A DNA stretch of 64,000 bases from the human T2T-CHM13v2.0 reference genome, Homo sapiens. Every line of letters starts with the position of its first letter. Position 1 is the first letter of the stretch. The notes beneath the pieces are model-generated. The model had not been told where the DNA came from, did no database searches, and worked only from the letters and a program-made list of their open reading frames with translations. This document shows, piece after piece, positions 52,519-64,000 of this stretch. Made by a program: the position numbers and the translations under genes. Location of the stretch: the NCBI RefSeq assembly GCF_009914755.1, contig NC_060926.1. One strand, given 5' to 3'.

Positions 52519-52646
52519 AGCCAGGCATGGTGGCTCATGCCTATAATCCTAGCACTTTCGGAGGGAGGAAGGGAGAGAGAGGGAGAGGAGAGGGAGAGAG
52601 AGAGACAGAGGGGGAGAGAGAGAGAAAGAGAGAGAGAGAGAAAGAA
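52519..52646 (+). repeat. ~45-bp Alu 5' stub fused to a (GA)n tract
   Basis: 'gccaggcatggtggctcatgcctataatcctagcactttcggag' followed by polypurine. Confidence 0.85.
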
Positions 52647-52671
52647 ACAATGAATCAAGAAAACTAAAAGA

Positions 52672-52958
<287 letters not shown>

Positions 52959-53149
52959 GGAAACTAAAAGAAAAAATAAGACAAATCCTCATCTATAGAT
53001 GGAAATTTCAACACTGCTCTTAAGAATTCATAGAAATAGTGAAAAGAAAATCAATAGGAATACAGAAGATTCCAATACAATAATCCAACTTAATCTAATT
53101 AACATTTATAGAGCATTCCACCCCATAACTACAGAAAACATACATACTC

Positions 53150-53299
53150 TTTAGGAGTCAAGGTCGTGCTCTGTCACCCATGCTGGAGTGTGGTCGTGTA
53201 ATCATAGCTCAATGCAGCCTCGAACTCCTGGGCTCAAGCAATCATCCTGCCTCAGACTCCCGAATTGCTAGGATTACAGGCATGAACTACTATGCCCAG
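53150..53299 (-). mobile_element. Alu monomer (FRAM/FAM-like)
   Basis: Antisense monomer. Confidence 0.85.
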
Positions 53300-53545
53300 C
53301 AGAGAACGCATATTACTTTCAAAAGAACATGGAACACTCACCAAGACTGAACATAGAACACTCGCCAAGACAGATCTTGTAATGCACCACAAGTCTACTG
53401 TGAGCTGTCAGGGCTCAAGGGAGAAAAACAGATGTAATAGTTCCTAAACTTATTTGACCATAAACCCTTTCTGCAAAAGGCATCTCCAGAGACTACTGTC
53501 TCCCAGAACACATTGAGGTCAGGGACCTCAATGAAAAAAATACTT

Positions 53546-53735
53546 GAGGTAATAATAAAGACAAAAAACTTCCAAATTTTCTGAAAACTATAACTCAGAC
53601 ATCCAAGAATCATAGTAAGCCCCAAACAGGATAAACTCAAAACTATTCAAAGGTACATGATAACAGCAGTAAAATGTAATAAGAAATCGTCAAGCAACCT
53701 GAAGAAAAGACACACTATATTCAGAGAAACAAATA
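53546..53735 (+). repeat. Dispersed direct duplicate of 52126-52318
   Basis: ~190 bp, about 12 substitutions and 3 indels by manual count. Confidence 0.92.
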
Positions 53736-53788
53736 CTCAGAGAATATACGCACTATATTCAGAAAGACACACTATATACAGAGAAACA

Positions 53789-53865
53789 AACCACCACACC
53801 CAGCTAATTTTTATATTTTTAGTAGAGATGGGGTTTCACCATGTTGGCCAGGCTGGTCTCAAACT
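53789..53865 (-). mobile_element. Internal Alu fragment (linker region) lacking both ends
   Basis: 'accaccacacccagctaattttt...ggctggtctcaaact'. Confidence 0.88.
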
Positions 53866-54405
53866 TAATGCTTAATCTGTATTCCTTACAGATGTTGAAC
53901 CATTTTCAACATCTCTTCCTTTCTCTCCTCCTGTGACTAACAAAATCAGGCAATCAATACAAATTTCCTTTCCTTGACCATCAGTCAGAATTAGTCAATC
54001 TTATGAAGTATCTGAAAAAGTCCTAAAGCAGGAATAAGCTTGACATACTTGGGGAACAGCAAGGAGCCCAGAATGGCTGGAATAATGTGGTGAAAGGAAA
54101 AATGGTAGATAAAATGAGAAAGTTAAGCAGAGGTCATAGTATGTAAGACCTTGTAAGTTGTGGTAAGAAGTTGGAATGTGGTTATGTAATTGGGGGAGGG
54201 GAGATTAAGAAAAGGATATTATCGAATCTACATTTTCAAAAAGATTTCTTTGCCTCTGTGTAAAGAACAGAATGGAAACTGGGCAACCAGTAGGAAGCTC
54301 TCCCAGTAACACAGGAAATGGCTAAGACGAGAATGGCTTAGACCAGACTTACACATATGTGTTTCACAGAAAAATGCCCAGGCAAATCTACATAAATTAT
54401 GCTGA

Positions 54406-54718
<313 letters not shown>

Positions 54719-54924
54719 TGAAGTATTTTCTTTACTTGGTTCCCAGGACATCTCATTCTCCTCCTCATGAGATGCTTAATCTGTATTCCTTATAGGATCT
54801 CCCTCATCCCCCCAACCTCTTCATGTTGGAATGTTCTAAGGCTTGGTCACTGAACCTCTTTTGTCTAACTATTCTCATTCCCATGGTAATTTCATCCAGA
54901 TACCTGGCTTTAAAAATCATTTAT

Positions 54925-55240
<316 letters not shown>

Positions 55241-55785
55241 CTAATCTCCACTTTTAAATCTCCAGTCTAGACCACTTCCCTAAACTCCAGACTCATACAT
55301 ACACTTGACTGTACAGTGAACATCTCAAACTTAAAATAACAAAATTGAGCTCCTAACCTTCCCCCGCCAAACTTGTTCCTCTTAGATCTTCCCTATCTCA
55401 GTATAATAGCAACTCCATCACTGCTAATGCTCAGGGATAAACCTTAAGAGATAACCATGACTCCTTTCTTTCTTTCGCACTCCATACTTCAAGTATGTCA
55501 GCAAATCCTCTCAGCTCTATCTTCAAAATATATTCAACAACCAATCACTTCTCACCATCTCCACTGTTACTACTCATTTCAAGCCACTATCATCTCACAG
55601 TTGGATTACTCCTTTCCTCCTAACTGGTCTCCCTGGTTCTGCCCTTGCCACTGCTTTCACCACTCCCCAACCTTCAACTACTCTCATCACAGCAGCCAAG
55701 TAATTATATTAAATCTACATTAGATCATGCCATCAACTGCCCAAAACCTTCCAATGACCATCTGACTCAAGTAAAAGTCCTTTCT

Positions 55786-56080
55786 AGACTAGGCACAGTG
55801 GCTCATACCTGTAATCCCAGCACTCTGGGAGGCTGAGATAGGAAGATTGCTTCAGTCCACAAGTTTAAGACCAGCCTGAGCAATATAGTGAGACCCGCCC
55901 CCCCATCTCTACCAAAAATACAAAAATTTGCCAGGCACGCTGGTGCCTGCCTGTAGTCCCAGCTACTCAGGAGATTGAGGTGGCAAGATCGCTTGAGCAC
56001 GGGAGGTTAAGGTTTCAATGAGCTATGATTGCACCACTGCACTCTAGCCTGGGCAACAGAGCAAGACCCTGTCTCAAAAA
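55786..56080 (+). mobile_element. AluJ
   Basis: J-type dimer. Confidence 0.92.
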
Positions 56081-56287
56081 GTCTCCAGCCACCTCTTAAC
56101 TCATATGATACTACTCTGTTCCAGTTCACTTCATTTCAGCTGCAATGACCTTGCTTACTGGGTGTTCCTCAAATATTCCAGGCCTGCTCTAGCCTCAGAA
56201 CCTTTGAATTTGCTGTACCCTCTGCCTAAAATCATCTATCCCCAGATAATGTACAATACAAGGCTTGTTCTTTCACCTGCATCAGGC

Positions 56288-56590
56288 ATTTTTTTTTTTT
56301 TTTTTTTGGACAAATCCTCAATCTGTCGCCCAGGCTGGAGCGTAGTGGTGAAACATGGTTCACTGCAGCCTCCTGGACTCAGGCAATCCTCCTGCCTCAG
56401 CCTCCTGTGTAGCTGGGACCACAAGCACACATCAGCACATCACTACATCCAGCTAATTTTTTTATTTTTTGTAGAGATGATGGTCTCACTTTTTTGTCCA
56501 GGCTGGTCTCCAACTCCTGGGTTCAAGCAATCCTCCCATCTCAGCCTCCCAAAGTGCTGGGATCACAGACCTGAGCCACAGCACCCAGCT
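56288..56590 (-). mobile_element. AluJ
   Basis: Antisense dimer. Confidence 0.92.
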
Positions 56591-56637
56591 CAAGTCTTTA
56601 CTCAAATGACATCTCAGTGAAGTCTTCCTTTTTACTT

Positions 56638-57070
56638 ATTTTTTTTTTTTTGAGACGGAGTTTCACTCTTGTTGCCCAGACTGGAGTGCAGTGGTGCGAT
56701 CTCAGCTCACTGCAAGCTCCGCCTCCTGGGTTCACTCCACTCTTCTCGCCGCAGCCTCCCAAGTAGCTGGGACTACAGGAACCTGCCACCACGCCCAGCT
56801 AATTTTTTGTATTTTTAGTAGAGACGGGGTTTCACCGTGTTAGCCAGGATGGTCTCGATCTCCTGACCTCGTGATCCGCCCGCCTCGGCCTCCCAAAGTG
56901 CTGGGATTACAGGCGTGAGCCACCGTGCCCGGCCAATTTTTTGTATTTTTAGTAAAGACAGGGTTTCATCATGTTGGCCAGGCTGGTCTCAAACTCCTGA
57001 CCTCAAGTGATCCGCCCTCCTCGGCCTCCCAAAGTGCAGGGATTACAAGCGTGAGCCACCGCACCTGGCC
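56638..57070 (-). mobile_element. Composite three-arm Alu (AluS left arm + AluY body)
   Basis: AluY 56638-56934 abuts an extra left arm 56935-57070; single TSD gaagtcttcc (56619-56628 / 57071-57080). Confidence 0.9.
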
Positions 57071-57438
57071 GAAGTCTTCCCTTTCAATGCTATTTAATAT
57101 TGCAGCCTGGACCCCTGAGCCTTTAAACATTCCCTATGCACCAGCTGTGCTTTGTTACTCTCCATAGCACTTTCCTCTATCTAGCATACCACATATTTTT
57201 TTTTTTTTCCATGACATAGCCCTCAAGAGGTCCTGAGAACATGCACCCAATTTTCCTTACTTTATCCATCATCTGTCCCCGCAATTAAAATGTAAACTCC
57301 AGGAATTTTAGTCTGTTTCATCCCCTGCTATACACCTAGTCCCATCAGCAGTGCCTTTCACATAGCAGAAATTGATTCGTTCAATATTGAATTGCTGAAT
57401 ATTAAATAAAGCCTCTTCAGAAGTGCCATAAATTTTGA

Positions 57439-57742
<304 letters not shown>

Positions 57743-57970
57743 AGAAGTGCCATAAATTTTATTACGTCCAATTCAAATGTTAGGACTAGCCTAATTAAAA
57801 TATACCAATTATTTTGTAATTATATATGTATTATATTTATATTATACTAAGCATTCGTTTTTAGTTATGTTTATTATTTTTTAATGTAAGATATTACTTG
57901 ACAATTAAAAAGATGTTTACTGATTCCAAATAGTTCAACTTCTCACTCTGGCATAGCTATAAATGGAAAG

Positions 57971-58260
57971 AACAGTAGGCTTCAGCCAGAAGTCCTGGGT
58001 TCAAATCTTAGCTCTGCAGTTTACCAGTTACGACTCATACAAGCCTCCTCCAAGTCTTAGCTTTTCTTCTTAACAGTAAGCTTTAGCCAGAAGTCCTGGG
58101 TTCAAAACCCAACTCTACTATTTACAAGTAATATGACTCAGATGACGTAGCCTCCTCCAAGTCTTCGTTTCTCATCTATAAAATGGCAAGGTGAGGGTAG
58201 AAATAAAGACTTGCCTGCATTACCAACCCTATACCTAATCATAAGATTATTGTAACAATT
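57971..58260 (+). mobile_element. MIR with ~100-bp tandem duplication
   Basis: Units 57971-58071 and 58072-58177; MIR core 'cctgggttcaaa', 'tttctcatctataaaatgg'. Confidence 0.8.
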
Positions 58261-58270
58261 AAAAATATAT

Positions 58271-58552
58271 GGCCAGGCGTGGTGGCTCACACCTGCAATC
58301 CCAGCGCCTTGGGAGGCCAAGGAGGGTGGATCACAAGGTCAGGAGATCAAGACCATCCTGACCAACATGGTGAAACCCCGTCTCTACTAAAATACAAAAA
58401 ATTAGCCGAGTGTGGTGGCACATGCCTGTAGACCCAGCTACTTGGGAGGCTGAGGCAGGGGAATCGCTTGAACCAGGAGGCAGAGCTTGCAGTGAGCTGA
58501 GATCTCGCCAGTGCCCTCCAGCCTGGGCAACACAGCGAGACTCTGTCTCAAA

Positions 58553-58570
<18 letters not shown>
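58271..58570 (+). mobile_element. AluSc-like
   Basis: Full dimer. Confidence 0.95.
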
Positions 58571-58610
<40 letters not shown>

Positions 58611-58870
58611 TGTATATACGTATATACGTATATGTGTATATATACATATACATATATACGTGTATATATACATACACATATATACATGTACATATATACA
58701 TATACATATACATATATACCTACACATATATACATATATACATATACATATATACATACATATGTATGAGGAAATCCTTTATATAAGCCACAATATACAT
58801 ATATATATAATATACATGTATGAGTTAAATAATACACACATATACATAATATACATATATGAGTTAAATA
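58571..58870. repeat. Compound (TA)n(CA)n(TATACA)n repeat
   Basis: Directly visible after the Alu poly(A). Confidence 0.92.
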
Positions 58871-58964
58871 TTCATACTGCAGTTTGGGGAAAATGAAGTA
58901 GGATAAAGTAAGTTCAGTGTTTCGGGCAGCATATTTTCCCATACCTTCCTGCCCCTAATACCAA

Positions 58965-59140
58965 ACTCTAATTTTAGAGTCAGACTGGTTCTTCAACTTA
59001 CTTGTTATACCTTAAACAAGTTACTCAACTTAGGTCATTGTTTCCACATCCATAAATGGAGATAATACCTACCTTGGAGGGTCCTTTTGAAGATTAGGGA
59101 TTATATACATACATACGTAATATACCTATGAAATATACTT
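58965..59140 (+). mobile_element. MIR
   Basis: 'ttagagtcagactgg', 'accttaaacaagttactc', 'cataaatggagataatacctacct'. Confidence 0.7.
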
Positions 59141-60169
59141 AATGAAAGTTTTTGTCATTTTCATCTTCTTTCAAATGGACAAAAACTCAAAAGCAGTTGA
59201 CACGAACCATGGAGACAGTGAAGGAGATGATTTTGACTTGGAAACTGCATGTGAAAGGACAAGGAAACTGAAAACTAGAAATAATCAGGCAATCATATCA
59301 ACAGTTTGCCTGTTAAATATGTTCTTTCCTTCTTGCCTTTCTGCAAGGTAAAATAATAGGATGGGATGCAAAGAAAAATCAGCATACAGAAAACAGTATT
59401 TAGTAACATAAAATAATTCACTTCGAAACTAAATTTTATTATATAGTCTTTCCAAAGAGAAATATTTTTATTATTCAGTTTTTCAATTTCCCACACACCA
59501 AGATGTATTATTTTGACACTCTATCTTTTTTTAATCCAATCAAACTTCCAGCAAACATTTTATACTCCTAAACTTACAGTACATGCCAAAAAAATTAAGC
59601 TGTAGTTTTCCAGCTATAGAACCCTGATATAATTTTATCAATTGTTTAGAAACATAGTAGAATTAATGAAAACAAAAACTAAAACTGCATTTAAGATATA
59701 TATCATAGAAATACTTCAAGAATGTTCTTTGAAATTATCAGACTTTGGATATTTCCTCAATTCCATGACAGCCGTGATTATAAGATGTACCATCAATAAT
59801 ATAACCACTATTTGCCAAGGGAAAAAAAGCAAAGAAATGTTCTATTTCTTAACACAGGGACTTGTTACATAGGGTATATGAAATCTGTGCATATCCACCA
59901 AGGTATATACTTGATTTGTATACTTTTTCAATATATGTTTACTTCAACAAAAAAAATTTAATGTAATGTCCTGCTACTTCACAAACACAGCATACATATG
60001 CTCAAATCAACCAAATGAAGTATAGATCTAAACATGAAAGATAAAAAGAGAAAGCTCTTAGAAAAAAGCACAGGAGGGTAACTTCATGACATTCAGGTAG
60101 GTAGAGATTTCATAAACGGGAAACAACAAAAGCACTAACCAACTGATAAACTGGACTTCTTTAAAACTA

Positions 60170-60618
<449 letters not shown>

Positions 60619-61032
60619 AGCTTTAATTCACTGACACACCAAGATTCTAAAAGGGCAGAAGATAGATGCAATATGTACCTAACAAAGAAATGTAGCCAGA
60701 ATAAGAACTAGAAGTCAATATGAAAAAAATAAACAGCCCAGTAGAAAAAAAGGGCAAAAGATTTAACAGACACTTCACAAAAGCAGAGATCCAATGGCCA
60801 ATAAACATGGGGTCCCTAACAAGAAAAAATGCTCAACTTCATTAAGTATCAGGAAAATATGAATTAAAACTACACTACAATATCACTACACACCCTTCCA
60901 GAATAACTAAAAATAAAAAGACTGACAATACCAAGTGTTAGCAAAGATGAGAAGCAACTGGAGCTCTTACACACTGCTGGTGGGAGTGTAAATTTGTAAA
61001 ACCAATTTGCAAAACTTTAGCAGAATCTACTA

Positions 61033-61386
<354 letters not shown>

Positions 61387-61549
61387 CTAAGGCATATATC
61401 CATCAAAAATCACATATACATTGACCAAAAAAAGGTATAAAAGTGTTCACAGCAGCAAAACTAAAAAACCCACATGTCCATCAACAGAATAAACTGGAAT
61501 TGTCACGCAACAGAATGAACAAAGTACAATACAACATGTATTAATCTTA

Positions 61550-61743
<194 letters not shown>

Positions 61744-62169
61744 GAAGCTCAAAGAATACATACTATATAATTCCACTGATAAAGAATTGGAAAACAGACA
61801 AAATTTTTCTATGTTCTTAAAATACAAGGAACATGGAATGGGGAGAGGGGCATTTGGTGGGAATTCCAGTACTGATGTGTTTCTTGAGTTGAATACTCAT
61901 TATGTGAATGTACTTAATTCATCTAGCTGAACTTGTTTAAAGTATGTCATACTTTAAAAATCTTACACTCCCTGGATCCCTAACTGGCAGAACAGGATTG
62001 GTAATCCCTTCCTACCACCAAGATGCTTCATCTATACCATGATCAGAGACTTGAATGGCAGCAGTCTCATATCAGCCCCACCGCTCTTCAGAATGTAAAC
62101 ATTTGTATCCCTGTCCATATATGCTACCAATACTTCCCACTTGCTAATTATACGCCTACTATATGCCAA

Positions 62170-62790
62170 GCACTTTAACATTCAGTTAAATACTTATTGA
62201 GCATCTACTATGTACAAAACCTATGCTGAGTACTTAGGGTACAAAAAAATGAGTAAGACATGGTACCTGGCTTACCTCATATACAGGTAACATCAAAAAC
62301 CACATTGGGGAGGCAAAGCACCAGGGTAGGTTTCTTGGAGGTGTTAACACTTGAGTCTTCAAAAGAGGAGTAGGAATTATCCCAACAAAGAATATTTCAA
62401 CAGAGGGACCAGTTTGTGCAAGAGCACAGTGATAAGAAACAGCATGATGTATTTAAAGAAACAATGAACAACTATTAGATGTCACTTAAGGAGGGTAAAA
62501 CCAAAACTGGGTTGGGGTAGGGGAAAGCGGTCATAGAGATAGGAAGATGGCAAGTTATGAGGGGACTTAGACCTTAACCAAGAGGCAAGATAGATCAGTG
62601 AGGAAATGATCAAAGGAATGATTTGGCCAACATACTATTCAGGCAGCAGTACAGAAGATGGATTTAAAGGGATAGGACTGGCAGAAGGAAGTCCAATTCG
62701 GAGACAGTTGTAATTATTCTGACAGAAGATGATAAGGGCCTAAAATAATGGGATGAAAGCGGTAGCAAATCTGGAGAAAACAGACTACAT
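62170..62790. mobile_element. L2 fragment
   Basis: 'aaatacttattgagcatctactatgt', 'gagatgataagggcctaaa'-like text. Confidence 0.6.
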
Positions 62791-62847
62791 TTAGATTATG
62801 TTGCTGGTCCAGAGATCAAACTTTGACAACCACTAACCTACACTGGC

Positions 62848-63068
62848 TAGGGTTTGGCAAATTTTTTCTATGAAGAGCCAAAGAGTAAATATTTCAGACT
62901 TTGTGTGTCAAATACAGTCTCTACAGCATTTCATGTTTTTGTTTGTTTTTTAAACAACCCATTAAATATTAACAACCATTCTTAGCTACTGGACCTTACC
63001 AAAAAAAAAAAAAAAGGGCTGCAGCTACATTTGCAGTATGGGCCACAGTTAGTTTGCTGATACCTGCT
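62848..63068. mobile_element. MER58-family (C/D-like) MITE
   Basis: 'agggtttggcaaattttttctatgaagagcca...gtaaatatttcag' to 'tagtttgctgatacctg'. Confidence 0.75.
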
Positions 63069-63093
63069 GCACACACATAAAGAAGTGAGAATG

Positions 63094-63393
63094 GGCTGGG
63101 TGTGGTGGCTCACGCCTGTAATCCCAGCACTTTGGGAGGCCGAGGCAGGCAGATCACGAGGTCAGGAGTTCAAGACCAGCCTGGCCAATATGGTGAAACC
63201 CCATCTCTACTAAAAATACAAAAATTAGCCAGGCATGGTGGCGGGGGCCTGCAGTCTCAGCTACTCAGGAGGCTGAGGCAGAGGGATCTCTTGAACCCAG
63301 GAGGTGGAGGCTGCAGTGAGCCAAGATCGTGCCATTGCACTCCACCCTGGGCAACACAGCAAGATTCCATCTCAAAAAAAAAAAAAAAAAAAA
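63094..63393 (+). mobile_element. AluSg-like
   Basis: Full dimer, TSD aagaagtgagaatg. Confidence 0.95.
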
Positions 63394-64000
63394 AGAAGTG
63401 AGAATGAATCATCCTATGAGATTAAATTTCCTAAAATGCTATTTGCATCATATTAGTCCCCTACTAAGAAACCTCCATTGGTCCTCACTCTCAACTGAGT
63501 AAGTCCAGTCCCAATGATGCCTAGCATTCATAGGCATCTGTACTCTAGGACCAGCCTACTACTCCAGGCTCATGAACTATGCCCCTGTGTACCTTCCATT
63601 CTTATTAAATTGAACTATTTACATTTACCTGCCTCTGTATCTGTGTGGGGTTTCCCAATCCAATGTTCCTTCCTCCCTGCTCCAAACCTGTTCAAATACT
63701 CTTCCTTCAAAGCATAATTCAAATCCTACCCCAAAATGATTCTACCCTCCTCAGTAGTCCTAAAAGCACATCTCAACTTACTTGATATTTATTTGCTGCC
63801 CTAAAAGTTCTTACTTACTTCAAATAAACTGAAAATTCCTTGAGGGCAAGAAAAAATTTGTTACTCTCTATAAATGGATCTAGCATATAACAAGGGATAA
63901 ACAAAAAGAAGATATATGTGTGTGTATATATGTAATATTTATATATGTACACACACATTTTTTTCTGAAATAGCTATATAACTAAAGCAAATGTGTTTTC

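Noticed and set aside
58331-58942. 203-aa Y/I/V/C-rich ORF and overlapping ORFs
   Set aside because: Translation of the TA/CA microsatellite plus Alu.
59142-59351. 69-aa ORF with acidic 'DSEGDDFDLE' stretch; Kanga/MER104-like end at ~59747-59835
   Set aside because: May be a decayed Tc2 transposon tail, but too diverged to call by eye; no splice or coding support.

Overview
Primate (very probably human, catarrhine-type AluY present) genomic DNA. It is AT-rich and extremely Alu-dense: about 75 Alu copies or fragments, roughly a third of the window. The rest contains older L1, L2, MIR, LTR (MER67/31-like, MLT2D, MSTA, MLT1) and DNA-transposon remnants (Tigger3a, Kanga1/Tc2, MER5, MER33, MER58, MER81, Charlie1). 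No protein-coding exon could be recognised. The supplied ORFs are Alu-, L1- or microsatellite-derived or chance ORFs. Most L1s lie on the + strand and the best splice-site pairs lie on the - strand, so this is probably deep inside a large intron of a minus-strand gene that I cannot name. The most unusual signals are outside the repeat catalogue: (i) a non-Alu 65-bp-arm inverted repeat at 14660-14876 with a nested 11-bp hairpin; (ii) a pre-miRNA-sized hairpin at ~24183-24267; (iii) template-switch/repair scars, namely a 28-nt templated insertion at 6215-6242, a multi-segment junction at 53546-53914 and a fold-back at 51309-51330; (iv) a strong candidate non-coding 71-nt exon at 22725-22795 (-). 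Repeat subfamily names are from recalled consensus features, not a database search, and repeat boundaries are approximate.
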